Below are positions 10,475 to 19,574 of a stretch of 64,000 bases of DNA, piece by piece. The first letter of the stretch is position 1. Each line of letters begins with the position of its first letter. Source of the DNA: Bacteroidia bacterium. GTDB taxonomy: Bacteria > Bacteroidota > Ignavibacteria > SZUA-365. Under the pieces are notes generated by a model. It saw only the letters and a program-made list of their open reading frames with translations. It did no database searches and was not told where the DNA came from. The position numbers and the translations under genes are program-made. The stretch is taken from the NCBI GenBank assembly GCA_027493955.1, contig JAOSJT010000001.1, positions 1,349,131-1,413,130 of the forward strand. Direction: 5' to 3'.

Positions 10475-10682
10475 GACAACAATATACCATGAATATCCTG
10501 CATCATGCAACCGTTTTTCATGGTGGCTTCAGGTGGCCACGGACTCGCCCCGGGAGGCATGCGGCAAGCAGCATTCCCGGTCATAGGGCGCCACCCCCTT
10601 CCGGCAGGATTGATACCCTATGCCGCTGTGCAACGCCGGGGCGCGTATTGTATGCTTTTCACAACACGAGTACTTTGTGAGC

Positions 10683-11132
10683 ATGTATTTCGACGACTTC
10701 CATCCCGGCCTGCACATCGAGACGAACGCGCGCACCGTCACCGAAACGGAACTCGACGCCTTTCTGGATCTCGCCGACTTGCATCTACCCATGTTTCTCG
10801 ACGACGAAGGCGCACGGGAGGTCGGGCATTCCCGGCGACTGGTCACTGGTCCCATGATACTTGCCGTGGCGCTCGGCCTTGTGCGCGCACATGGCTGTTT
10901 CGATCAGGTGGTGGCGGCGCTGGAATTCAATCACGTGCGCTTCCGAAAGGCGGTGCATCCGGGCGACTCCCTGCGGGCCGGGCTCACCGTGCGTGAAAGT
11001 CGCCCCACCAGCCATCCCGGCCGCGGATTGGTCATAGTCGATTTTATTGTGCGCAATCAGGAGGACGCGACCGTGCTGGAAATGCAGGGCACGTATCTGT
11101 TCAGGAGATCACCGCAGCCGTCCACCCCCTGA
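10683..11132 (+). CDS. MaoC-like (R)-specific enoyl-CoA hydratase / hotdog-fold dehydratase
   Basis: Hotdog-fold hydratase pattern, with the segments FLDLADLHLPMFLDDEGA and GLVIVDFIVRNQEDATVLEMQGTYLF. The start MYFDDFHPG at 10683 was verified. Confidence 0.75.
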   Translation: MYFDDFHPGLHIETNARTVTETELDAFLDLADLHLPMFLDDEGAREVGHSRRLVTGPMILAVALGLVRAHGCFDQVVAALEFNHVRFRKAVHPGDSLRAGLTVRESRPTSHPGRGLVIVDFIVRNQEDATVLEMQGTYLFRRSPQPSTP

Positions 11133-11139
11133 CCACCCT

Positions 11140-11275
11140 CTTCCCTCTCCCGCTTCCCTCATTCCCATTCTCTTCGCTCTTCACTCTTCCCTCTTCACTC
11201 TTCACCACTCTTTTCACCTCTCTCCACACCATCCGCACACTTCACTATCGCACACTCCACGCTTCATGCCAGGTG
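11140..11275 (+). repeat. CT-rich polypyrimidine low-complexity tract (ctcttcactcttc-type degenerate repeats) between convergent genes
   Basis: The sequence is almost entirely C/T on the + strand for ~135 bp, reading ccctcttccctctcccgcttccctcattcccattctcttcgctcttcactcttccctcttcactcttcacc. Confidence 0.6.
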
Positions 11276-12090
11276 CGTCCGGTGACCTTCAATCCGAATT
11301 CGTGCGACAGCCGCTCCTGAAGATCGGGAAAATGTCCTACCCCGTACAGAATACCGATGTGCATTTTTCCGATACGGCGCTGTTCACGAAGCACATCAAG
11401 CACTCTCTGATTGCGAAGTGGTACACCCCTATCCATCAGGTCCGCAGAATCTTCCCTCTTCAGCAGTCCATCGGCGAACACCCTGCGCAGGGAGAGTCGC
11501 ATTTCCTGCGGGAGCCCCGAGGGAAAGTTCTCCAGCAAGGCATACATGCGTCTATCGTTCGAATAATCCGGCAAGGAATCCGTGAAACCGGGCAGCAGGA
11601 TATTCATCTCCTGTTCCGACAGATCCGCATGGACGAAGGTCGGACGCGTGTAGTCGATGCCTTCCTGCTGCCGCATCATCCCCAACAGCGCGGCGAGGTG
11701 TTTGTAGGAGCGACGCATCGGTGTGTCCTCGAAGAGATCCTCATTCCTGCGCACGGTGTCCGGTACACTGCCTGTTGCCACCATCTCGAACAGCACCACC
11801 TCGCAGGCTGCGGCGGCGCTGTCGATACGACGAAAAAAAGCAGTGTCCGCGACATGCAGCACCGCCAGCAGATCTACCGTCATTCCGTCGTCCGAGGACA
11901 AGCGCGTAATCGCCAGCTCCAACGCGGCGGGAGTACCATCGTCCTGAGTACCCAGGCGCATAAAATCCACGCAGTATGTCTGTTGTCCCTTCGCCGTCCC
12001 GGACAACAGCGCACCCGTTTGACCGAAGCTGAAAGAGGTGTGCAACAAGCAGAGAAGAATGTTCAAACTGAATAACGGCACAACGGACAT
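11245..12090 (-). CDS. Secreted hypothetical protein, possibly TraB/GumN family
   Basis: It has the signal peptide MSVVPLFSLNILLCLLHTSFSFGQ. The C-terminal MHIGILYGVGHFPDL segment resembles the conserved GAGHL region of TraB/GumN proteins; the assignment is weak. Confidence 0.5.
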   Translation of the reverse strand: MSVVPLFSLNILLCLLHTSFSFGQTGALLSGTAKGQQTYCVDFMRLGTQDDGTPAALELAITRLSSDDGMTVDLLAVLHVADTAFFRRIDSAAAACEVVLFEMVATGSVPDTVRRNEDLFEDTPMRRSYKHLAALLGMMRQQEGIDYTRPTFVHADLSEQEMNILLPGFTDSLPDYSNDRRMYALLENFPSGLPQEMRLSLRRVFADGLLKREDSADLMDRGVPLRNQRVLDVLREQRRIGKMHIGILYGVGHFPDLQERLSHEFGLKVTGRTWHEAWSVR

Positions 12091-12226
12091 ACAGGACTCC
12101 TGCTACGTATTTCGCGCACAGGTCAAGATGGCAAAACGCCTTCCCCCAAGCAAGCACCCGTCAGGTATACGTCATCAAATCCCCACCATACAGGGAGACT
12201 GCAGCAGTATTGTTTGCTTTGATTTG

Positions 12227-12300
12227 TACCCCCGGGGTGACTCGAACACCCGACCTGCGGTTTAGGAAACCGTCGCTCTATCCACCTGAGCTACGGGGGC
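12227..12300 (-). tRNA. tRNA-Arg (anticodon CCT)
   Basis: Reverse complement is GCCCCCGTAGCTCAGGTGGATAGAGCGACGGTTTCCTAAACCGCAGGTCGGGTGTTCGAGTCACCCCGGGGGTA, which folds as a cloverleaf with a T-loop TTCGAGT and an anticodon loop TTCCTAA. Confidence 0.85.
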
Positions 12301-12533
12301 GATTAACACCGAAATGTACTGATTTTCATGATGAATCGCCAATGACAGCGTGATTTCTGAATGGAAGATACTTGAATGGAGATGCTGGTCCGCTCGAAGG
12401 TCAGCCTGCTGATATTTGGGACATGGATCATCCTATCCCCAAATCCGCAATTGACTTTTCCGCAAAAATGATGTACTATGGCTCCACGATATCCATCTTG
12501 CACCTACCACACAACCTCGCGAGGGTCGAAGTT

Positions 12534-14285
12534 ATGAAGAACTTCATCGTCTGCACCTTCCTGCTGCTTGTCCTGACCGCCGTTACGAACGCACAGGACA
12601 TCGAAACAACACTCTCCGGTAACACCACGACACAGGGATTCACCGTCAAAAGCTTCGCGGGCACACCGTTATTCACGGTGCGGGCGGACGGAAAAATCGG
12701 ACTCGGCATTCTCAATCCCGACGCGCTGCTGCACGTGGCGGGACAAGTGAAAATCACCGGCGGGTCTCCCGGCGCGGGAAAGTTGCTCACCTCCGACGCC
12801 AACGGGCTCGCCACTTGGACTATGCTTTCGTCGTTGCCTCCGGACGGTCCTGCGGGCGGGGATCTCACCGGCAGCTACCCCAATCCCACCATCGCCAACA
12901 GCGCGATTACCTCGGCAAAGATCGCCGTCGGGGCAGTGACACTTTCAAAAATCAGCATAGCGGGTGCGACCACCGGCGAAGTGCTCACCTACGACGGTAC
13001 CAAACTCGCGTGGTCTCCGCCGACTTCTACCGGCGTCACGCTCGACCAGGCATACGACATGGGAGGAGCGGGAGCGGGTCGTACAATTACCGCCGATGCT
13101 GGTGCGGTGGTTATTGCCGGTGTGGATGGCTTTCTCGTGACTGCCGGAAGCACCTCGCAAGGTTCGATACCGGCAAGCGGAGCCGGTTCGCGCATGATGT
13201 GGTATCCGAAAAAGCGAGCATTTCGGGCAGGCGAGGTACTTGGAACTCAATGGGATGACGCGAACATCGCTGGCTACTCGATGGCGACGGGATTAAATAC
13301 GACTGCCAGCGGAACGGCGTCAAGCGCGCTCGGGCACAGCACAACCGCCAGCGGTTCGAACTCCACGGCACTGGGATGGCTCACAACCGCTAGCGCACAT
13401 GCGTCCATTGCAATGGGTTATGGCGCGACAGCTAGCGGCACCTACTCCATAGCGACCGGCCAAAACACAACTGCAAGTGGATCCAGCTCCACCGCGATGG
13501 GGGCCGCTTCGATCGCAAGCGGTAGCTACTCCACCGCCATGGGTTCCAACTCCACCGCCAGCGGCAACAGCTCGACCTCGATGGGAAACTACGTCACCGC
13601 GAGCGGCAATTACACTACTGCGATCGGGAGATACGCCAGCACCGGTGGTTACGCGGGTTCCATGGCGATCGGGGATAACAGTACTTCCAGCCTTCTGACG
13701 AACACCGCTGAAAACCAATGGATCGTGCGATTCGCCGGGGGTATTCGTTTCTATACCAACTCTGCAATGACGATGGGTTCCTATATGAGTCCTAACACGA
13801 GCGGGTGGATGTTTATCAGTGACCGGAATAAAAAGGAGAATTTCACAGTGGTAGACGGCGAGGACCTCCTCTCGCGGCTGCGTTCCGTCCCCGTTTCCGA
13901 ATGGAATTACAAAGGCACGGATGCGTCTATCCGCTATATCGGACCCATGGCGCAGGATTTCTGGCAGGCCTTCCATCTCGGCGGAACGGACTCGCTCGGC
14001 ATCAACAGTGTGGCCATCGACGGCGTGAATATGGCTGCAATACAGGCGCTGGAAAAACGGACGGCGGAATTGAACGAGAAGACTGCGGAGCTGCAGCGAA
14101 AAACGGATGAGATTGCCTCACTCAAGGAGAAGGTCGCCACACTTGAAAATGCTCAGGCACAGTACGCTGCTCAGGCCGCCGAATTACGCCGGCTCAAGAG
14201 CGAATTCGACACACTCAGAACTCTTCTCACGGAGAAAACCACTGAGATGAGTGTGAAGCATGCATCGCTCGACGCGGGCAAGTGA
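12534..14285 (+). CDS. Secreted tail-fibre-like protein, paralog 1: conserved N-domain, TASG/STAMG (hep_Hag-like) repeats, C-terminal Peptidase_S74 intramolecular chaperone domain plus coiled coil
   Basis: Signal peptide MKNFIVCTFLLLVLTAVTNAQ. The central region has repeats of the form NTTASGxxSTAMG. The C-terminus reads ISDRNKKENFTVVDGEDLLSRLRSVPVSEWNYKGTD...YIGPMAQDFWQAF, which I match from memory to the chaperone-of-endosialidase consensus (SDxRxKxNI...AQE; wording approximate, not database-confirmed), and is followed by heptad coiled coil. Confidence 0.8.
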   Translation: MKNFIVCTFLLLVLTAVTNAQDIETTLSGNTTTQGFTVKSFAGTPLFTVRADGKIGLGILNPDALLHVAGQVKITGGSPGAGKLLTSDANGLATWTMLSSLPPDGPAGGDLTGSYPNPTIANSAITSAKIAVGAVTLSKISIAGATTGEVLTYDGTKLAWSPPTSTGVTLDQAYDMGGAGAGRTITADAGAVVIAGVDGFLVTAGSTSQGSIPASGAGSRMMWYPKKRAFRAGEVLGTQWDDANIAGYSMATGLNTTASGTASSALGHSTTASGSNSTALGWLTTASAHASIAMGYGATASGTYSIATGQNTTASGSSSTAMGAASIASGSYSTAMGSNSTASGNSSTSMGNYVTASGNYTTAIGRYASTGGYAGSMAIGDNSTSSLLTNTAENQWIVRFAGGIRFYTNSAMTMGSYMSPNTSGWMFISDRNKKENFTVVDGEDLLSRLRSVPVSEWNYKGTDASIRYIGPMAQDFWQAFHLGGTDSLGINSVAIDGVNMAAIQALEKRTAELNEKTAELQRKTDEIASLKEKVATLENAQAQYAAQAAELRRLKSEFDTLRTLLTEKTTEMSVKHASLDAGK

Positions 14286-14617
14286 TAAATGACGCGTGTG
14301 TACGCATCTCCAATGTACCGTCCATGTGCATCGACACATGCAGGCACAGCGTTCACCTGCACCGCAGATATTACCCGAGTCTCCATGGTTCAGAGGTTGT
14401 ATTCCGGCTCTTTCGACACATTCGAGCAAAGCGCATTCAAAACCATCACTCGTCCACGATTCCTTTGGCATGTACCCACGATGGGCCATTCGCTGAATGT
14501 TTGCTTCTGACGTATACTACTTTCTCCTCCGATGTTGACTCTGATTGAAATAGTACGCATCTTTGCAGGAGATTTTCCATTATGCACCTACCACACAACC
14601 TCGCGAGGGTCGAAGTT
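14286..14617 (+). repeat. Conserved ~300-bp non-coding leader upstream of fibre paralog 2 (about 90% identical to 16070-16401)
   Basis: Nucleotide-level conservation, with substitutions and indels spread over all three codon positions. It contains a CATGTG-n6-CACATG palindrome and ends in a shared aggagattttccattATGcacctaccacacaacctcgcgagggtcgaagttATGaa block. Confidence 0.7.
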
Positions 14618-16069
14618 ATGAAAAACTTCATCGTCTGCACCTTCCTGCTGCTTGTCCTGACCGCCGTTACGAACGCGCAGGACATCGAAACGACACTCTC
14701 CGGCAACACCACGACACAGGGATTCACCGTCAAAAGCTTCGCGGGCACACCGCTGTTCACCGTACGGGGGGACGGCAAGATCGGCATCAACATCCTGAAT
14801 CCCACCGCAGCACTGCATGTGGCGGGACAACTTATAATCACTGGCGGCACACCCGGCGCGGGCAAGGTGCTGACCTCCGATGCGAATGGCCTTGCGTCAT
14901 GGACATCTCCTGCTTCAACTGGGGTCACGCTCGACCAGGCGTACGACCAGGGCGGCGCGGGAGCGGGTCGCATAATCACTGCGGACGCGGGTGCCGTGGT
15001 TATTGCAGGGGTGGACGGATTACTCGTGACCGCCGGAAGCACATCACAGGGTTCGATACCGGCAAGTGGAGCCGGAGCACGTATGATGTGGTATCCGAAG
15101 AAGCGGGCGTTCCGGACTGGATACGTGGATGGAGGCCAATGGGATGATGCCAACATTGGAATCAACTCCACCGCGATGGGATACAACACAATGGCCAGCG
15201 GCACCTCCTCCACCGCTGTGGGAGGCGCCACAACCGCCAGCGGCGACCGCTCCACCGCGATGGGAGGCGCCACAACCGCCAGCGGCACGCGCTCCACTGC
15301 GATGGGGAGTGGCACAATCGCGAGCGGCGAATACTCCACCGCGATGGGGTATTCCACAACCGCAAGCGGCGACAACTCCACGGCTTTGGGAAGCTACGTG
15401 AGTACCGGCGGATATCTGGGTGCAATGGCGATGGGAGACAGGAGCACGGCCACGCTTCTCTCGAATACTGCTTCGAACCAATGGGTTGCGCGTTTTGCCG
15501 GAGGTATCCGTTTCTACACCAATCCCACCACGACGACAGGTGCCTACATGAATGCCAGCGCCAGCGGCTGGACGAATGTCAGTGACAAGAATAAAAAGGA
15601 GAATTTCACAGCTATCGACGGAGAAGCCCTTCTTGCACGATTGCGCTCCGTCCCCGTCTCCGAATGGAATTACAAAGGCACGGACGTGTCTATCCGCTAT
15701 ATCGGACCCATGGCGCAGGATTTCTGGCAGGCCTTCCATCTCGGCGGAACGGACTCCCTCGGCATCAACAGTGTAGCCATCGACGGCGTGAATATGGCTG
15801 CAATACAGGCGCTGGAGAAACGGACGGCGGAGATGAACGAGAAGACGGCGGAGCTGCAGCAAAAGACGGCCGAGTTAAAGCAAAAGTCCGATGAGATTGC
15901 ATTGTTGAAAGAAGAGGTCGCAGCGCTTAAAACATCTCAGGCACAGTACGCTGCTCAGGCCGCCGAATTACGCCGGCTCAAGAGCGAATTCGACACACTC
16001 AGAACTCTTCTCACGGAGAAAACCACTGAGATGAGTGTGAAACATGCCTCGCTCGACGCGGGCAAGTGA
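14618..16069 (+). CDS. Secreted tail-fibre-like protein, paralog 2 (shortest; lacks the ~60-aa insert present in paralogs 1 and 3)
   Basis: Same signal peptide, N-domain and C-terminal S74 chaperone plus coiled coil as paralog 1. The central repeat count differs: GGATTASGDRSTAMGGATTASGTRSTAMG. Confidence 0.8.
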   Translation: MKNFIVCTFLLLVLTAVTNAQDIETTLSGNTTTQGFTVKSFAGTPLFTVRGDGKIGINILNPTAALHVAGQLIITGGTPGAGKVLTSDANGLASWTSPASTGVTLDQAYDQGGAGAGRIITADAGAVVIAGVDGLLVTAGSTSQGSIPASGAGARMMWYPKKRAFRTGYVDGGQWDDANIGINSTAMGYNTMASGTSSTAVGGATTASGDRSTAMGGATTASGTRSTAMGSGTIASGEYSTAMGYSTTASGDNSTALGSYVSTGGYLGAMAMGDRSTATLLSNTASNQWVARFAGGIRFYTNPTTTTGAYMNASASGWTNVSDKNKKENFTAIDGEALLARLRSVPVSEWNYKGTDVSIRYIGPMAQDFWQAFHLGGTDSLGINSVAIDGVNMAAIQALEKRTAEMNEKTAELQQKTAELKQKSDEIALLKEEVAALKTSQAQYAAQAAELRRLKSEFDTLRTLLTEKTTEMSVKHASLDAGK

Positions 16070-16401
16070 AAAACGACGCGTCTCTATGAATCTCCAATGT
16101 ACCCTGCATGCGCATCGATACATGCAGGCACAGTGTTCACCTGCACCGCAGACATTACCCGAGTCTCCATGGTTCAGAAATTGTATACCGGCTCTTTCGA
16201 CACATTCGAGCAAAGCTCATTCAAAGCCATCGCTCGTCCACGATTCCATCGGCATGTACGGACGGAGGATCGTTCGCTGAATGTTTCCTTCTGACGTATA
16301 CTACTTTCTCCTCCGATGTTGATTCTGATTGAAATAGTACGCATCTTTGCAGGAGAATTTCCATAATGCACCTACCACACAACCTCGCGAGGGTCGAAGT
16401 T
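16070..16401 (+). repeat. Conserved ~300-bp non-coding leader upstream of fibre paralog 3 (duplicate of 14286-14617)
   Basis: See the 14286-14617 feature. In both copies the antisense and sense small ORFs in the ORF track are conserved only because the DNA is. Confidence 0.7.
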
Positions 16402-18300
16402 ATGAAGCACTTCATCGTCTGCAGCTCTCTGCTGCTCATCTTAACCGCCGTGACGAACGCGCAGGACATCGAAACGACACTCTCCGGCAATACCACGACA
16501 CAGGGATTCACCGTCAAAAGCTTCGCGGGCACACCATTGTTCACAGTGCGGGCGGACGGGAAAATCGGACTCGGCATTCTCAATCCAGACGCGCTGCTGC
16601 ATGTGGCGGGACAAGTGAAAATCACCGGCGGCTCTCCCGGCGCGGGAAAGTTGCTGACCTCCGACGCCAATGGGCTCGCCTCATGGACTATGCTCTCGTC
16701 GCTGCCGCCGGACGGTCCTGCGGGCGGGGACCTGACGGGTAACTACCCGAATCCCACAATCGCAAACAGCGCAATAACCTCCGCAAAGATCGCCACAGGA
16801 GCCGTGACGCTCTCGAAAATCAGCACAACGGGAGCGACGTCGGGTGAAATACTCAGATACGACGGTACGAAGATCGTCTGGGATACGCCCTCCGCAGGTG
16901 GCGTCACGCTCGACCAGGCATACGACATGGGAGGAACGGGAGCGGGTCGTACGATCACCGCCGACGCGGGAGCGGTGGTAATTGCCGGAGTAGACGGCTT
17001 TCTCGCGACTGCCGGAACAAGTTCTCAGGGATCGATACCTGCAAGCGGAGCCGGTTCGCGAATGATGTGGTATCCGAAGAAGCGGGCATTCCGGGCAGGA
17101 ACTGTGAATGGAAACCAATGGGATGATGCGAATATTGGTGTTATCTCCAACGCAATGGGATCCAACATAACCGCCAGTGGGAACTACTCCACCGCGATGG
17201 GATTCGCCTCAACCGCGAGCGGCAGCGCTTCCACCGCGATGGGGAGTAACACAACAGCCAGCGGTGATTATTCCACCGCGATTGGGGCCAGCACAACCGC
17301 TAGCGCCAACACGTCCACCGCGATGGGATACAGCACAATCGCGAGAGGCAGCCAATCCACCGCGATGGGAGGCTTCGCAGACGCGAGCGGATTTATTTCC
17401 ACCGCGATGGGGAATAACACCTACGCGAGCGGTGACTACTCCACCGCGCTAGGCAGGTACACAACCGCCAGCGGCATCTCGTCTACCGCTATGGGGAGCA
17501 ACACTACGGCTAGCGGCACCAACTCCACCGCGATGGGGGATTACACAACCGCCAGCGCGTATGGCTCCACCGCGATGGGCAGAAACACAACCGCCAGCGG
17601 AAACTACTCCACCGCAATGGGATACTACACAACCGCCAGCGGCGAAAGCTCCACAGCTATCGGAAGCTACGTGAGTACCGGCAGTTATCTGGGTGCAATG
17701 GCGATGGGAGACAGGAGCACGACCTCGCTTCTTACGAATACTGCTTCGAACCAATGGGTTGCGCGTTTTGCCGGAGGTATTCGCTTCTACACCAATCCGA
17801 CTATAGCATCGGGTGCCTACATGAATCCCAATGCCAGCGGCTGGACCAATGTCAGCGACCGAAATAAAAAGGAAAATTTCACCGCTATTGATGGAGAAGC
17901 CCTTCTTGCACAGCTGCGCTCCGTCCCCGTCTCCGAATGGAATTACAAAGGCACGGACGCGTCTATCCGCTATATCGGACCCATGGCGCAGGATTTCTGG
18001 CAGGCCTTCCATCTCGGCGGAACGGACTCCCTCGGCATCAACAGTGTAGCCATCGACGGCGTGAATATGGCTGCAATACAGGCGCTGGAAAAACGGACGG
18101 CGGAGATGAGACAAAAGACCGACGAAATCGCCCTCCTGAAAGAAGAGCTTGCGGTATTAAAGACTTCTCTGGAAGTTTTTGAAACCCAGGCCGCGGAAAT
18201 TCGTCAGCTCAAAAATGACCTCACCGTGCTCAAAGCGCTTCTCACCGAAGCGTCCCCTGCCGGGAGCGTGAAACATGCATCGCTCGATTCGGGCAAGTGA
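16402..18300 (+). CDS. Secreted tail-fibre-like protein, paralog 3 (longest; most TASGxxSTAMG repeats; coiled-coil tail diverged)
   Basis: Same overall architecture, with about 14 tandem xxTASGxxSTAMG units. The S74 motif reads VSDRNKKENFTAIDGEALLAQLRSVPVSEWNYKGTD. Confidence 0.8.
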   Translation: MKHFIVCSSLLLILTAVTNAQDIETTLSGNTTTQGFTVKSFAGTPLFTVRADGKIGLGILNPDALLHVAGQVKITGGSPGAGKLLTSDANGLASWTMLSSLPPDGPAGGDLTGNYPNPTIANSAITSAKIATGAVTLSKISTTGATSGEILRYDGTKIVWDTPSAGGVTLDQAYDMGGTGAGRTITADAGAVVIAGVDGFLATAGTSSQGSIPASGAGSRMMWYPKKRAFRAGTVNGNQWDDANIGVISNAMGSNITASGNYSTAMGFASTASGSASTAMGSNTTASGDYSTAIGASTTASANTSTAMGYSTIARGSQSTAMGGFADASGFISTAMGNNTYASGDYSTALGRYTTASGISSTAMGSNTTASGTNSTAMGDYTTASAYGSTAMGRNTTASGNYSTAMGYYTTASGESSTAIGSYVSTGSYLGAMAMGDRSTTSLLTNTASNQWVARFAGGIRFYTNPTIASGAYMNPNASGWTNVSDRNKKENFTAIDGEALLAQLRSVPVSEWNYKGTDASIRYIGPMAQDFWQAFHLGGTDSLGINSVAIDGVNMAAIQALEKRTAEMRQKTDEIALLKEELAVLKTSLEVFETQAAEIRQLKNDLTVLKALLTEASPAGSVKHASLDSGK

Positions 18301-18313
18301 AAGGAGGACTTTC

Positions 18314-19099
18314 ATGAAAACAACATCGCTCTTCTTTATCTGCGTTCTGATCGCGGCTTCCACTGCCTTCGCCCAGCGAGGCCAAATAACCATTCCCGTC
18401 GGCGCGCAAATCTCCATCCCGACCCGGGCGCAGCTCTGTGCGGACCGCTACTTTGCGAACCATCCCGGCTATGGCACGTTGAGCTACGGCAACGATCCCG
18501 CGCGCATTTGCGGCTCCGTCATCCCGGTGGAATTCCTCAGTCTCTCGGCGTACCATATCAACGGCAATGTCACCGTGCTGTGGCGGACCGCCGCCGAAAG
18601 CAATTGCGCAGGGTACGAGGTGCAGCGCTCGCCCGATCAGGCATCGTGGCAACCCACGGGCTACGTCCCCGGCCGCGGCACAACCATGCAGGAACACAGC
18701 TACAGCTATGAGGACCTGCTCCCTCCCGGCATTTCCGCAGCGCGGACGCTTTTCTACCGCCTCAGGCAAATCGATTACGATGGCAACTTCGCATATTCGC
18801 CCGTGGTGATGGTGAACATCGGCGCTGCGCCGCAAACGCTTGCGCTGCATGCCGCCTATCCCAACCCCGCGTCGGATCGTATATCCGTGCGCTACACGCT
18901 GCCGGATGCCGGGTCGGCACGCATCGCCGTGTACGCGATGACGGGGCAGGAAGTACTTTCCATTGATGACGGAGAACTCTCTGGCGCCGGAGAGCATTTC
19001 CTTTCGGTGAATACCTCCTACCTGGCGCCGGGTGCGTATTTCATCGAGCTCCTCACAGGCGGCACGCGGCTCGTGCGACCCTTCGTCGTGCGACGATGA
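18314..19099 (+). CDS. T9SS C-terminal-sorting-domain protein with Fn3-like domain
   Basis: AGGAGG ribosome-binding site at 18302-18308. Signal peptide MKTTSLFFICVLIAASTAFAQ. Por_Secre_tail C-terminus reads YPNPASDRISVRYTLPDAGSARIAVYAMTGQEVLS...AYFIELLTGGTRLVRPFVV. Its start is 14 bp after the stop of fibre paralog 3. Confidence 0.8.
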   Translation: MKTTSLFFICVLIAASTAFAQRGQITIPVGAQISIPTRAQLCADRYFANHPGYGTLSYGNDPARICGSVIPVEFLSLSAYHINGNVTVLWRTAAESNCAGYEVQRSPDQASWQPTGYVPGRGTTMQEHSYSYEDLLPPGISAARTLFYRLRQIDYDGNFAYSPVVMVNIGAAPQTLALHAAYPNPASDRISVRYTLPDAGSARIAVYAMTGQEVLSIDDGELSGAGEHFLSVNTSYLAPGAYFIELLTGGTRLVRPFVVRR

Positions 19100-19215
19100 G
19101 CGTCGGGGCAGCTTGCTGCTCGTATAACTGATTTTTCTACTGTGAAGGGTGCGGCCGGTCAGCCGCACCCTTTACATTGTATGTCCGTCACCCGGGGAGT
19201 ACGATAATCTGCTTT

Positions 19216-19372
19216 TCATCCTGGCAGAAGAAGCCTGAATGAAAAGAGAAGCGGTCACTGTGCCATCAATCCTCATATACTACCTGTAAAGTCCCTCTGC
19301 GCCTTGGCGTTTCCTGAGCGTAGTCGAAGGGGCGACTTTGCGTTAATTTCTTCTCCCTGAGCCGCAATGGCG
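19216..19372. repeat. Copy 1 of a ~150-bp direct repeat element; contains a 12-bp perfect inverted repeat TCCCTCTGCGCC...GGCGCAGAGGGA
   Basis: Aligns base-for-base with 19436-19574 (..ggcagaaga.gcctga.tgaaa.gaga...gtgccatc.atcct.ata...taaagtccctctgcgcc...gactttgcgttaatttcttctccctgagccgcaatggcgc). Confidence 0.7.
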
Positions 19373-19435
19373 CAGAGGGAGAGGAAGTTATCGCTAAGAC
19401 GCTAAGGATGCCCTGGGCAAAGCGAGACTCACCTT

Positions 19436-19574
19436 GTCTTCATGGCAGAAGATGCCTGATTGAAACGAGAGATGGGCACCGTGCCATCGATCCTTATACA
19501 GTACCCTTAAAGTCCCTCTGCGCCTTTGCCTCTTTGCGACTTTGCGTTAATTTCTTCTCCCTGAGCCGCAATGG
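19436..19574. repeat. Copy 2 of the ~150-bp direct repeat; overlaps and supplies the last ~27 codons and the stop of the carH-like gene
   Basis: Same alignment as copy 1. The downstream arm of the inverted repeat is lost in this copy. Confidence 0.7.

Noticed and set aside
11047-12075. 342-aa + strand ORF
   Set aside because: It overlaps the MaoC gene end, the CT tract and the whole minus-strand secreted-protein gene. It has a low-complexity composition.
12227-12300. tRNA-Arg as an integration site (att) for the fibre-gene array
   Set aside because: The array lies on the 5' side of the tRNA, not the 3' side. No integrase and no duplicated tRNA 3' fragment were found.
12372-12533. N-terminal extension of fibre paralog 1 ORF (MNGDAGPLEG...)
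   Set aside because: It is not conserved in paralogs 2 and 3, and the conserved signal peptide begins at MKNF (12534). The extension is upstream non-coding DNA.
12534-18300. Possible CRISPR array, suggested by periodic ~30-42-bp DNA repeats in the fibre genes
   Set aside because: The repeats are in-frame coding repeats (TASGxxSTAMG) within ORFs with signal peptides and conserved termini. There are no unique spacers and no cas genes.
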